Below are positions 10,413 to 20,272 of a DNA stretch of 64,000 nucleotides, piece after piece; within the stretch, counting starts at the first letter, position 1; each line of letters opens with the position of its first letter. The position numbers and the translations under genes are program-made. The DNA comes from Blastocatellia bacterium (GTDB lineage: Bacteria; Acidobacteriota; Blastocatellia; UBA7656): NCBI GenBank assembly GCA_963765495.1, contig CAVXWP010000017.1, forward strand, positions 32,001-96,000, in the 5' to 3' direction. The notes under the pieces are model-generated. The model had not been told where the DNA came from. It saw nothing but the letters and a program-made list of their open reading frames with translations, and made no database searches.

Positions 10413-10730
10413 TATTTATTCCTCCTGGGCGAAGCCCGTGTTGCAGCTGACTGATTTATACATTTCCCTTATTGGTTCGATCCACTACGTATCAGAGGCC
10501 CAAGAAAAGCCCTAAAAAGGCAATAACATGTAATCAAGCCCCGGCAAGATGGATTCGTACGCAAGTAAAGAGCATCGGACACACAAGTTGCTTTCGGCAC
10601 TGAAGCTCGGATCAAATTATCAGAGTTTCTTTGAAGGTATTACCGCCCGAAGAATCCTTCCAACCAGCGGCTATCTTAAAGGCTCATAAAATCACAGGTC
10701 AAGCAGAAATGGTTTCATGCAAGAGAGATA

Positions 10731-10838
10731 CGTGATGCGTTCACGTGATGCGTGATGCGTGATGCGTGACTTTCAGACACATGGTTGTTATCAAGTAAGC
10801 GCGTATTTCACGAATCACGGATCACGATTCACGATTCA
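10731..10838. repeat. Heptamer-armed cassette, GTGATGC family (core type gamma)
   Basis: (CGTGATG)n + TTTCAGACACATGGTTGTTATCAAG... + (TCACGAT)n; the last unit carries the SDR stop codon. Confidence 0.85.
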
Positions 10839-11669
10839 CACGTATGAGCCGCCCGTTACAAGCAGTATGTGACCCGTCACGTAATCGGCAAGCGGCGAAG
10901 CCAGAAACAGCACCGGCCCGGCCGCTTCATCCGGGGTTCCCGCTCTGCCCAGGGGGATAAAGTTTACAGCCATCTGCCGCATCGATTCGGGGATGCCGAG
11001 TTCGACCTCTTTGCCTTCTCTTTCGATCTTTTCCTGCTTCTCTTTGGCCTGAGTCAACCGGGTCTCTATGAAACCATAGGCGACCGCGTTTACGTTGATG
11101 TTGAATCGCCCCCACTCTTTGGCCATCGTCTTTGTGACGCCTACGATGCCCATCTTGCCCGCCGAATAATTCACCTGCCCCGCGTTACCGGCTACGCCCG
11201 ATGTGGACGAAACATTGATTATCTTTCGATGCACAGGGCGGCCTTCGGCTATCTCTTTTTTGGCCGCGTCGCGCATGTAAGGAGTGGCCGCTCGGATGAT
11301 GCGAAACGGCGCGGTCAGGTGGACTTCGATCATCGCACTCCATTGTTCGTCGGTCATATTTTGAATGACCGCATCCCACGTGTACCCCGCGTTGTTGACT
11401 ATAATGTCCAGACCGCCAAAGCTTTCGACAGCGGTCTTGACCAGCCTGTCTGCGAACTCGGCATCCGTGACGCTGCCCGAACAGACTACGGCATTGCCGC
11501 CCGCTTCGATTATCTCTTTGGACGTAGCCTCGGCCACGTCTCCGTCAATGTCATTGATGACTACGCTCGCGCCGTGGTCGGAAAAGAGTTTGGCGATGCT
11601 GCGCCCGATGCCGCGACCCGACCCCGTGATGATGGCTGACTTGTCTGTAAGAAGCCTGTAATCTGACAT
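10836..11669 (-). CDS. Short-chain dehydrogenase/reductase (FabG-like)
   Basis: TGSGRGIG, NNAG, catalytic YSAGK. Confidence 0.93.
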   Translation of the reverse strand: MSDYRLLTDKSAIITGSGRGIGRSIAKLFSDHGASVVINDIDGDVAEATSKEIIEAGGNAVVCSGSVTDAEFADRLVKTAVESFGGLDIIVNNAGYTWDAVIQNMTDEQWSAMIEVHLTAPFRIIRAATPYMRDAAKKEIAEGRPVHRKIINVSSTSGVAGNAGQVNYSAGKMGIVGVTKTMAKEWGRFNINVNAVAYGFIETRLTQAKEKQEKIEREGKEVELGIPESMRQMAVNFIPLGRAGTPDEAAGPVLFLASPLADYVTGHILLVTGGSYV

Positions 11670-11715
11670 AAGAAAATCCTTTCGATGTTATGAAACCTCT
11701 TCGGGGCAACCCCCT

Positions 11716-12150
11716 TCAGGGCACGCACACGACCGGAATGCGAGCGCCGCGAAGCACCTTGTCGGCCGTGCCTCCGAAGAGTATCTCTTCGAGCGGGCTG
11801 CTCCCGCCTCGAATCCCCATCACTATCAGGCTGAAGTCCAGGTCTTTTGCCACTTTCAGGATTTCAACAAAGGGGATGCCGATGACGACCATCTTATTGA
11901 GTTTTGTCGCCGCCGATTGATTATCCGCGATAATGGAATCGAGATTTTCATTGGCCCTGGCCCGCATGCTCTCTATCGCATCGTCTTTATCGCCAAGCCC
12001 GAGTTCATCAAATTTATCTGCCAGTTCTTTATCTATGACATTGAGCAAATAAATCTCTCCGTCGGGCGCAACAAGAGACATGGCCATTTCCACCGCCTTC
12101 AGCGAACAGTCGGAAAAGTCCGTAGGAACTAAGATATCATTGATCTCCAT
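11716..12150 (-). CDS. Universal stress protein (UspA family)
   Basis: ILVPTDFS, LIVMG.RG, FGGTADKVLRGARIPVVCVP. Confidence 0.93.
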   Translation of the reverse strand: MEINDILVPTDFSDCSLKAVEMAMSLVAPDGEIYLLNVIDKELADKFDELGLGDKDDAIESMRARANENLDSIIADNQSAATKLNKMVVIGIPFVEILKVAKDLDFSLIVMGIRGGSSPLEEILFGGTADKVLRGARIPVVCVP

Positions 12151-12251
12151 TATGCCCTCCCATCAAAAACCTTTTATGGCCGAATGATACACGACCAACT
12201 CTCTGTGTGCCAACGAGGTAAAAATGAATTTGAATTAGGGACAGGCGGTAA

Positions 12252-12370
12252 TGATGCGTTCACGTGACGCGTCACGCGTGATGCGTGAGTCGTGATTCGT
12301 GATTATCGAGTGCTCGGCGCTCACAATGCTTTTGCTGTCCTCATAATCACGAATCACGACTCACGCATCA
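12252..12370. repeat. Heptamer-armed cassette, GTGATGC family (core type alpha)
   Basis: 42-nt core at 12304-12345 between GTGATNC and GNATCAC arms. Confidence 0.85.
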
Positions 12371-12386
12371 GCTATACTCTCATCGC

Positions 12387-13649
12387 TCAACTGCGGATAA
12401 AACCTCGGAAGGTTGATTCTGTAGGATTGAAACCCGGGAAGATACTTTGCAGATTTCCCGTTCGCATGTGCCGCGAGGCCACCTCCGCAAACACATCGCG
12501 GAAATCTGTTGTAAGCGCCAGATCGCGCCCTTCGTAAAGCTGGCCGGTAGAAAGACCGGGCCATTTCCCATAAACCTTGCCGCCCTTGACCGACCCTCCG
12601 AGCGCGAACAGGCAACTCGCGTGGCCGTGGTCGGTCCCGCCCGATCCATTCTGCCGGATTGTGCGTCCAAACTCCGTCATGGTCAGTATCACGACGTTGT
12701 TCATTCGGTCGCCTAGATCGCGGTAGAGCGCCGCTATCGCCTGAGAGAAATCCTGTAAGCGATTGGCAAGCTGCCCCCGAGAATTTCCCTGATTGGCGTG
12801 CGTATCCCACCCGCTCACATCGGTAAAGGCTATTTCGAGCCCGATGTCGGATTTGATCAACTGCGATATTTGCAGCAACGACTGGCCAAAGGGAGAGCGC
12901 GGATAATTCGCCCCGTTTGCCGGGCGATATTGCTGGGGGTTTGCTTGCTTGAGCATCTTTACAGCCTCAAAGGCTTCCTTGCCTGTGCCCTGAAGCATAT
13001 CGCCTGCGCCTTGCGCGTAAAGGGCTTCGAAACTCGCCGCGACCTGATTATTGCCGCCGGCCTGAACGCCGAAATCGCGTATGTTGGTCATAGCCACGGC
13101 CGAGGCAGCGCCCATCAAACTGCGCGGCATGTTGGCCGTCAACGACACGGCGCGGAAAGGTGAGGGCCTGGCCTCGGTCTTTGCCGTCATCAGGCGGTTG
13201 AGCCAGCCTGATGATGTCGCCTTGTTGCCGGGGGTGCTCGATTCCATGTAATCCTGCGCATCGAAGTGCGAGCGCGTATTGTCGGGCGAGCCGACCGCGT
13301 GGACTACGGCCAGATGCCCCTCGTCATAGATAGGCTTGAAAGAGGCGAGCGACGGATGCAATCCGAAAAACCCATCGAGGTCAATCGCCGAATCCGCGTT
13401 GCCGCTCTTCGGCTCAGGGATCGCGATATTGGGCCGCGCTCCGCGATAGCCGCTGTCGCCGAATGGAACTACCATCGAAACGCCGTCAGCCGCTCCGCGC
13501 TGGAATATGGCTATTATGATGGGGCTGTCTTTGCCCGCTTTCCCAAGCTTCTGAGCCAGCGCCGTCCGCGTCAGGAAAGAAGGGGCTGCGGCAAAACTCG
13601 CCAGCGCCAGCCCACCTGATTTGAGAAAATATCTTCGTGTTACTGCCAT
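12387..13649 (-). CDS. DUF1501 protein with Tat signal
   Basis: TRRYFLK twin-arginine signal; FQRGAADG, GLHP, RSHFDAQ, GWDTH, TEFGRT, GTDHG. Confidence 0.92.
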   Translation of the reverse strand: MAVTRRYFLKSGGLALASFAAAPSFLTRTALAQKLGKAGKDSPIIIAIFQRGAADGVSMVVPFGDSGYRGARPNIAIPEPKSGNADSAIDLDGFFGLHPSLASFKPIYDEGHLAVVHAVGSPDNTRSHFDAQDYMESSTPGNKATSSGWLNRLMTAKTEARPSPFRAVSLTANMPRSLMGAASAVAMTNIRDFGVQAGGNNQVAASFEALYAQGAGDMLQGTGKEAFEAVKMLKQANPQQYRPANGANYPRSPFGQSLLQISQLIKSDIGLEIAFTDVSGWDTHANQGNSRGQLANRLQDFSQAIAALYRDLGDRMNNVVILTMTEFGRTIRQNGSGGTDHGHASCLFALGGSVKGGKVYGKWPGLSTGQLYEGRDLALTTDFRDVFAEVASRHMRTGNLQSIFPGFNPTESTFRGFIRS

Positions 13650-13663
13650 CGTTTTTACTCCCT

Positions 13664-13773
13664 GCGTAATGCGTTCGCGTGATTCGTGATGCGTGATGCG
13701 TGATTATGAGGTTAGCAAGAGCATCGCGAACCTCGAAGACTTGATAATCACGCATCACGCATCACGAATCACT
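13664..13773. repeat. Heptamer-armed cassette, GTGATGC family (core alpha, inverted relative to 12304)
   Basis: 42-nt core at 13705-13746. Confidence 0.85.
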
Positions 13774-13775
13774 AA

Positions 13776-15899
13776 TTACCTTCTCTGAAATTCGGGTGAG
13801 CCGAGTACGAGGCCGAAAACCTTTGCCAGTTGCGGATCGTTTGCCGTTTGGTCGAGTCTTCTTGCCCCGGTAATGGACCAGCCGTACCGCTCATCGCGCT
13901 TTTCGGCTCGCGCCCCCGGAAAACCTTTGCCACCTTTGGCGGGCCTGCGGATAGGCGCGTCTTCCATCATCATCGTATCGCCGTCGGCGGCGTCGGCCTC
14001 TTCGCCCGTGGCAATCTTTGGCAACTCGCCCAGTTCCCCTTTCACACTCACACCCTCTTTTAATTGCCTGTCGAGTATGGCCTGCGTCTGTGAAGAGATT
14101 TCGCCGTTGAGCAGCACCGCTATGGCGCTCTGCATCACGCGGTGGTTGTCAGCCGGATCAAGGTCGGGCACAACCTTCTCCAGATCAACCGAAGTTCCCC
14201 GCACGCGGTTTGCGCTGAGCGCCAGCCCGAAATTGAGCCGTTCAAGCAGCGCGCCCGTGTTTACCCATTGCTCGGCGCGATCTGGATAGCCCGTGGGCGG
14301 CTGGTAGAGGTAAAGCGGCTGGCCCATCTTTGCGATAAACTGGCTCGTCTGCTGCACGCCGTGTGTCTCTCCGCCAAGCGCGCGAATTGCCGACACGGCA
14401 AGCTCGAACGGCGATTTGATCTTTGCCCGATAGCTTTCCGGCGCGTAGAACTCTTTCGATGTAAAGATGGTCTTGAGCATCGCGCTGATGTCGCCATCGG
14501 TCTTCAGATATACGCTCGTCACCTGATCTACAAGCGATTGCGGCGGGTTGTCGCTCACAAACCGGCGCACCAGTTTGGTAGAGATAAATTTCGCGGTGTT
14601 CGGATGATGCGCCAGTATCTCTATCACCTTTTCGCCGTCCTTCATTCCGCCCTCTGAAATCCGGTGGCCGAGCACAGTCTTTTCGCCTTCGTCGTGCATA
14701 AAGGAGCGGTAAACGAATTTGCCGCTTCGGCGCGGCGCTTCGATGCTCCAGCCGGTAAAGGCGCGAGCCACTTCCTGAACATCCTTTTGAGTGTAGCCGC
14801 CGTCTACGCCCAGCGTGTGAAGTTCCATAAGCTCGCGGGCATAGTTTTCGTTTATGCCGGGTTTTCGGTTACGGAATTGGTTTGCGATCTGCTGGCGGCG
14901 CTGCTGCTCCGGGGTCATCTGGCCCTGATCGCCCATCTGGCCGCGCTCCTCGTCGCGCTCAAGCCTGCGCTGTTGCTGCCCTGTGTTGCCCTGATTGTTC
15001 AAGTTGCCGAACCTGGGATTATTCAGCCGCTTGTTCCGCTGAAACCGGCCACGGCGGCCATTTCCACGTCTGCCGGGAAGTTGCGCGTCGGGTGAGCTTG
15101 ATTGGAAATTATCGAGATAAAAGAGCATAGCCGGGCTTTTCGCCGTGGCGAGCAGGAGGTCTTCGAACTTGCCAAGAGTGTGAGGCCGGATGGTATTCAT
15201 CTCGAAATCGGATGTCATCCACCTGTCGGCCCCCTTGCCCCAGAATATGTTGAAATGATTAAACCAGAAATCGGTCATCACCTCCTGTAACTGGCGCTCG
15301 CTGTAAGTAGCGCGGATTATCTTCTGCGCCTGAAGTTCCTGCAATAATCGCGCGGGCGGCCTCAAACCGTTCTCGGCGTAATAGGCAAATACCTTTTGGC
15401 GCATCTCACGTTTGTCCTGTTGCGTATCCGCCTGATCCCCCTGAGAAGCGCTCGCAGTCTGGTCGCCCGGCTGTTGATCTGCCTTTCCTCTCTGGCGCAG
15501 GCCGAGTTGAACCGCGACCAGTTGAGGCGCGGGATATTTCTCGTACAACTCGGTAATCCCCATATTGATGGAATCAAGCCCCTTGAGCCGTGCCTCGACA
15601 GCCGAATCATCTATCCTTTCAGGGTGCAACTGCTGTTCGATGAATTTATCCAGCCCCATTCGTTTGACTCGCTCAAGATCGCCGGGGCGCGGGCCATAGC
15701 CGATGCGGTTGAGCAGGTGCAGCGCCTTCTGGTCTTCGGTCAGCCGCGTGCCGACTGTCTTTGATTTGCTATCGGCAGATGCGGGCATGAAGCCCGCAAA
15801 GATCATCGAGGCCGCAACCGTCAAAGCAATCGCAAGCGACACGGCGCGCCTCCCGGCACCGGAAATGCTGAAAGCGATCTTCCTATTGTAGTGTTTCAT
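13776..15899 (-). CDS. DUF1800 protein, secreted
   Basis: HLLNRIGYGP, FWFNHF, PAMLFYLDN, NENYARELMELHTLG, C-terminal SPEFQRR; usual partner of DUF1501. Confidence 0.92.
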   Translation of the reverse strand: MKHYNRKIAFSISGAGRRAVSLAIALTVAASMIFAGFMPASADSKSKTVGTRLTEDQKALHLLNRIGYGPRPGDLERVKRMGLDKFIEQQLHPERIDDSAVEARLKGLDSINMGITELYEKYPAPQLVAVQLGLRQRGKADQQPGDQTASASQGDQADTQQDKREMRQKVFAYYAENGLRPPARLLQELQAQKIIRATYSERQLQEVMTDFWFNHFNIFWGKGADRWMTSDFEMNTIRPHTLGKFEDLLLATAKSPAMLFYLDNFQSSSPDAQLPGRRGNGRRGRFQRNKRLNNPRFGNLNNQGNTGQQQRRLERDEERGQMGDQGQMTPEQQRRQQIANQFRNRKPGINENYARELMELHTLGVDGGYTQKDVQEVARAFTGWSIEAPRRSGKFVYRSFMHDEGEKTVLGHRISEGGMKDGEKVIEILAHHPNTAKFISTKLVRRFVSDNPPQSLVDQVTSVYLKTDGDISAMLKTIFTSKEFYAPESYRAKIKSPFELAVSAIRALGGETHGVQQTSQFIAKMGQPLYLYQPPTGYPDRAEQWVNTGALLERLNFGLALSANRVRGTSVDLEKVVPDLDPADNHRVMQSAIAVLLNGEISSQTQAILDRQLKEGVSVKGELGELPKIATGEEADAADGDTMMMEDAPIRRPAKGGKGFPGARAEKRDERYGWSITGARRLDQTANDPQLAKVFGLVLGSPEFQRR

Positions 15900-16010
15900 A
15901 TCTTGTTTCCTCGGAAAGTTCCTGACTTTTTATGCCAATAAATTACCACGACTTTGCATCGTCATCATTCAAATCTGATTTCAAATACTTAGACTGAGGC
16001 CGCCGCCGTT

Positions 16011-16091
16011 TGGTTTGAAAATCATCCGGTTTGAAATTATCGGGCTACTCTGAGCCGGGGTGGAATCTCAAATTTCAAATTTCAAATCTGA
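16011..16091. repeat. Heptamer array, TTTGAAA/TTTCAAA family
   Basis: AATCTCAAATTTCAAATTTCAAATCTG at 16064-16090 contains the stop codon of the 16075 gene. Confidence 0.6.
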
Positions 16092-17130
16092 GGGGGACGT
16101 GCGGATCGCAGACCCGCGAGGCGTGTTCGAGGTGCGATGTAGTGTGCGCTTTTATGGTCTCAAGATATCGCCAGCGTATGCCGTGAGTCCGGCGGAAGAG
16201 CCGGATTTTCAAATGCGCTATTTCGCTGTTTATGCAATAGAGCGGTTCCCCGTCCGGGTCTCGATACTCTACCTGCAACATATCGCGCAATCTGCACTGG
16301 GCCGTCCCCTCTATGCGGACGTGGCTGTTTGCGGCTTCAAACGACCAGTAACCTATGCCCAGATTACGCTGCCACTGGTCGCCGAGCCGCAACCGCGTAA
16401 AACGATGCTCCTCGCCTCTGTGTCGCAGGTAGAGGCATTGAACCGTCGGGAGCAAACGACCAAACCGCTTCTGCCGAACCGCTACGGCTTCAAAGACCGT
16501 GTTCGCCTGCTTCTCGAACGCGTTTGAATGGACCCACACCCATTCGTCTACCTGTTTGCGACCCCAGATATGAGCCTGACACCCGGGTTCGTCATCCAGA
16601 GTGATCTGTCGGCCATCAACTTCGATAAGACCGCGAAATCGCGTGTCGAGATTGGGCAAGCAGACATAAGCGCGAGGCCGGGCTATCAGCTTCAGCGCCG
16701 ACGGCGAATGATGAAAAGTCTTTTCATTCGGGGTGAAATTCAGGTTCCAGGAGATGCGGTGGTCATCGCTTGTGACCGCCCCTGTTGCGCGCGCAGGCGA
16801 TAACAGTCCTTCGCTCAGGTTCAATTTAAAATCCTCGCGCCCCGCGAAGCGGAAGCTGTCAATAGCGTGTTCCTGCCGGATGACGAAGTTTCGCTCCGGT
16901 CTCCGCCGATCAAAGATAGCGCCCCAGAGCGCGGCTCGCGGTTCGGCGTTTTCCAGACTGTTTGAAGGCGACACAAGAGTATATCGAAACCAGAAACCGA
17001 GTTGCGAGGCCCGATGGTTGAGCGTCAAAAACCACACCTCGAAATGATTCGCGCGCTGGCCATCCCACCGGCAAAGGTTCCCGGCGAAATTCGCAGTCAC
17101 ATCCGAAATGGGTTTGAAACTCACCGCCAT
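16075..17130 (-). CDS. Tocopherol cyclase / AttH-like beta-sandwich protein
   Basis: HFEVWFLT, GFWFRYT, ISWNLNF, GCQAHIWG...WVWVH, YRDPDG..YC.NSE pattern. Confidence 0.65.
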   Translation of the reverse strand: MAVSFKPISDVTANFAGNLCRWDGQRANHFEVWFLTLNHRASQLGFWFRYTLVSPSNSLENAEPRAALWGAIFDRRRPERNFVIRQEHAIDSFRFAGREDFKLNLSEGLLSPARATGAVTSDDHRISWNLNFTPNEKTFHHSPSALKLIARPRAYVCLPNLDTRFRGLIEVDGRQITLDDEPGCQAHIWGRKQVDEWVWVHSNAFEKQANTVFEAVAVRQKRFGRLLPTVQCLYLRHRGEEHRFTRLRLGDQWQRNLGIGYWSFEAANSHVRIEGTAQCRLRDMLQVEYRDPDGEPLYCINSEIAHLKIRLFRRTHGIRWRYLETIKAHTTSHLEHASRVCDPHVPLRFEI

Positions 17131-17431
17131 CGGCTAATCGCTCCTGGGGCTTGTAAAGTAACAGGGGAAGTCGAATTCGCACCGTAAATCCCGGCCCGGC
17201 GCGGATCGTTGAAATGTGCCGGGCGTGTTGCAGATTGTCCTTATCCCGGCACCCGCCTTGATCGCCGGTTACAAACTTACAATATTCGAGGGCTTCCGGC
17301 AACTCCAACACTCGATCTGCGCATCTGTAGGTCTCGGGTTTGCTCGAAATCAGCATTGACTCGCGCCCCGGTGTACGTGAATAATTAGCCTTTGTTTTTG
17401 CCGCCCGGAAGGGCGCAGATAATGGGCGTTT

Positions 17432-17998
17432 ATGAGCACAACTCTCGAGACCGAAGTAAAGCTTGCCTGCGATGATCTGGACCGTATTCGCAAGGCGGGG
17501 TTCGAGTTGACGTTGAGCGAGCCGCGCCATTTCGAAGATAACTGGCTACTTGATACAGCGGATCACAGGCTGTTGGAAGAAGGGGCCGCCCTGAGAGTGC
17601 GAAGGGTTGACGGACGCGGGCTTGTCACATTCAAAGGGATGGTTCGCTCGAGCGCCACTTCACCGATAAAAGTCAGGGAAGAGATCGAAAGCGAGACGAG
17701 CGAGCCGGAGCGGATGATAGAGCTATTCGAGCGGTTGGGATTTCACCGCGCATTTCGCTATCAGAAATATCGTACGACCTACAGTCTTACGGTCGAAGGC
17801 CACGAGCTTGAAGTTACATTCGACGAGACGCCAATGGGCCGGTTTATCGAGATAGAAGGGGATGAATCAATGGTCCTGCGCGTGATCGAAAGAGCCGGGT
17901 TTTCCATCGAAGAGAGTATTCGCGAAAGCTACCCGGAGCTTCAGGCCAATCGTTGCAGGGAGCGCGGCGTCCCGCTCGAAGATTTGATTTTTGAGTGA
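17432..17998 (+). CDS. CYTH-domain (class IV adenylate cyclase-like) triphosphate tunnel protein
   Basis: N-terminal ETEVK (ExExK), ALRVR, REEIE, QKYRTTY, FIEIEG, SY. Confidence 0.92.
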   Translation: MSTTLETEVKLACDDLDRIRKAGFELTLSEPRHFEDNWLLDTADHRLLEEGAALRVRRVDGRGLVTFKGMVRSSATSPIKVREEIESETSEPERMIELFERLGFHRAFRYQKYRTTYSLTVEGHELEVTFDETPMGRFIEIEGDESMVLRVIERAGFSIEESIRESYPELQANRCRERGVPLEDLIFE

Positions 17999-18118
17999 TG
18001 CGCGATTCGTGATGCGTTCAAGTGATGCGTGATGCGTGACTAAGAGGTCAGCAAGAGTATTGTGAGCGCCGAGCACTTGATAGTCACGAATCACGAATTA
18101 CGAATCACGAATCACGAA
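17994..18118. repeat. Heptamer-armed cassette, GTGATGC family (core alpha)
   Basis: 42-nt core at 18041-18082. The cassette fills the whole CYTH to NTP-transferase gap and supplies the CYTH stop codon. Confidence 0.85.
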
Positions 18119-18119
18119 T

Positions 18120-19121
18120 ATGAAAGCAGTCATTCTAGCAGCAGGGTTCGGAACAAGGTTATGGCCGCTCACAGAGGATCGCACCAAACCGGCTATCCCT
18201 TTCCTCAATCGCCCGCTTATAACCTATTCGGTTGACTATCTGGTTTCGCACGGCATACGCGATTTGATCGTCAATCTTCATCATCAACCCGATTCCATCC
18301 GAAACGCGCTGGGAACCGGCTCTGACCTCGGAGCCAGCATCCGCTATTCGCACGAAACGGAGATTCTCGGAACATCGGGCGCGCTCGACCGCGTACGCGA
18401 CCAGTTGACGGATGAAGATTTCGTAGTCATCAACGGAAAGATCGTCACCGATATAGACCTGAGCGCCGCAATCGTGCGGCATCGCAAGAGCCGCGCGCTC
18501 GCCACGCTCGTGCTGAGAGAGAACCCTGCGCGTGACCATTTCAGTATAGTCGAAGTGGATGAACGCGGATGGATAAAGCGATTCGCAGGCTTTCCTGAGC
18601 CTCTTGCCTCTGAGGCTTCGACATCCGAGATGGGCGCAAGTATAGCTTCGGGGAACGGATGCCCGCCCTTTATGTTTACCGGGATTCAGGTGCTCTCGCC
18701 TCGCATATTCGAATACATCCCTCGCGACCGCTTTTCGCACTCGACGGTCGATGTTTACCCTCGCGCGATGGAAGAGGGCGAGGCCGTCATCGCACACGTA
18801 GCCCCGGGGAAGTGGTACGAGATGAGCACGCTTTCGCGCTATCTGGAAGCAAGCCTTCTTTTCATGTCCAAGCAAAGGCAATCGGTGATTTCGGGCGAAG
18901 GATGTGTGATCGAAGACGCGACTACGGTGCAGGATTCTATTTTGTGGCGGGGCGTAAAAGTCGAACGGGGCGCGCGGGTGCGTCAGGCGATACTCGGCGA
19001 CAACGTGCGAATACCGGCCGGTATGGAGATCGAACGCGCGACCGTGGTGCGGCACGATGTGGTGAAAGTGATCGAGCGCGGCCAGATAGTAGGAGAAAAT
19101 CTTATAGTCCCCTGTGATTGA
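18120..19121 (+). CDS. Nucleotidyltransferase (NDP-sugar synthase, MurU-like) with C-terminal beta-helix
   Basis: MKAVILAAGFGTRLWPLT...KP, EILGTSG; overlaps an AmgK-like kinase. Confidence 0.85.
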   Translation: MKAVILAAGFGTRLWPLTEDRTKPAIPFLNRPLITYSVDYLVSHGIRDLIVNLHHQPDSIRNALGTGSDLGASIRYSHETEILGTSGALDRVRDQLTDEDFVVINGKIVTDIDLSAAIVRHRKSRALATLVLRENPARDHFSIVEVDERGWIKRFAGFPEPLASEASTSEMGASIASGNGCPPFMFTGIQVLSPRIFEYIPRDRFSHSTVDVYPRAMEEGEAVIAHVAPGKWYEMSTLSRYLEASLLFMSKQRQSVISGEGCVIEDATTVQDSILWRGVKVERGARVRQAILGDNVRIPAGMEIERATVVRHDVVKVIERGQIVGENLIVPCD

Positions 19122-20226
19122 TATGGCATCAACTGTAAAGACCGATATTTCGGCTCATGTCATCGAGCTTTCCGCGAGCATTCTAAAGGCGAGTGCGGGT
19201 GAAGTGACCCTTGCGAGGCTCACGGGAGACGCCTCGACTCGCTCTTATTTTCGCTTGCAGGCGGATGGCCGAAGCCTTGTCGCCGCGCTTTACGATAAGC
19301 CGTTCGATGAAACCGAAAGCGCCACAAGCAGGCTCTCGCGATTCGAGGCCGAGAACCCTGCGGCCCGGCTCTCATTTGCAAACGACCCCTGCGCTTATAT
19401 CGAAGTGACAAAGCTGCTGATCGGTTCAGGGCTTCCGATTCCACCAACTCTGGCCACCTCGGGCGGGGATGCCGTTTTGTTGATCGAAGATGTGGGCGAC
19501 ATCAAACTGCAAGACTGGCTTGTTGATAAATCAGACATCGAGATAAAAGACGCATACGCCTGCGCCATAGAATTGATAGTCAGGATTCAGGAATCAACCG
19601 AACGGGTGGGAACAGACTCCATATGCTCGCGTCTGGCATTTGACGAGATGAAACTCAAATGGGAGCTTGGTTTCTTCTTTGCAAATTACTTCAATCGTTT
19701 TCTCGGATTGAAGCTCGACGCTCGGACGGCAAACGGCGTGCAGGAAGATTTCAAAGCCATCTGCTCGGAGCTTGCCGCCCGCCCGCGAGTGCTCACTCAC
19801 AGAGATTATCACGCCCGCAACCTGATGATGCACGAAGACCGGATGTTTATCATAGATCATCAGGACGCGCGAATGGGGCCAACCAGCTATGATCTGGCCT
19901 CGCTCGTTTACGACCCGTACACAGAGCTTGACCCCTTGATTGCCCGCGAAATAATCGAGCGATTCATAGAGATGAAATCGGCTTCAAGCGTGCCAATCGG
20001 TGACGAGGATCAGTTCCGCCACGAGCTCGAGCTTATGACCGTACAGCGGATGCTCAAGGCCGTAGGCACATATTCATATCAGGCGGCGGTGGCCGGGAAC
20101 ATAAGCTATTTGCCGTACATCGAGCCGGCCATAAATCGCGCGCTAAAGGCGATGAGCGCACTTGGCAGATTCCAAAACACCCGTGCGCTGCTTGAAAAAA
20201 GCGGGCCGCACGCATCCGGGATTTGA
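19114..20226 (+). CDS. amgK: AmgK-like anomeric MurNAc/GlcNAc kinase (APH/phosphotransferase fold)
   Basis: GDASTRSYFR, HRDYHARNLM, IIDHQDARMGP.YDLASL, QRMLKAVG. Confidence 0.75.
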   Translation: MIDMASTVKTDISAHVIELSASILKASAGEVTLARLTGDASTRSYFRLQADGRSLVAALYDKPFDETESATSRLSRFEAENPAARLSFANDPCAYIEVTKLLIGSGLPIPPTLATSGGDAVLLIEDVGDIKLQDWLVDKSDIEIKDAYACAIELIVRIQESTERVGTDSICSRLAFDEMKLKWELGFFFANYFNRFLGLKLDARTANGVQEDFKAICSELAARPRVLTHRDYHARNLMMHEDRMFIIDHQDARMGPTSYDLASLVYDPYTELDPLIAREIIERFIEMKSASSVPIGDEDQFRHELELMTVQRMLKAVGTYSYQAAVAGNISYLPYIEPAINRALKAMSALGRFQNTRALLEKSGPHASGI

Positions 20227-20256
20227 GATTTGAAAGTTGAAACTTGAAATCTCAAA
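20221..20256. repeat. Short heptamer palindrome, TTTGAGA family
   Basis: ATTTGAGATTTGAAAGTTGAAACTTGAAATCTCAAA; the first unit gives the kinase TGA. Confidence 0.6.
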
Positions 20257-20272
20257 CCCCGGATTATTATGA

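Noticed and set aside
16910-17530. 206-aa minus-strand ORF across the divergent promoter region
   Set aside because: It overlaps real genes at both ends and has no recognisable domain.
12292-18094. Similar small ORFs MIRDYRVLGAHN / MMRDYQVFEVRD / MIRDYQVLGAHN as a peptide family
   Set aside because: They are translations of alpha cassettes. All 5 core differences between the two closest copies are non-synonymous in that frame, so there is no sign of coding selection.
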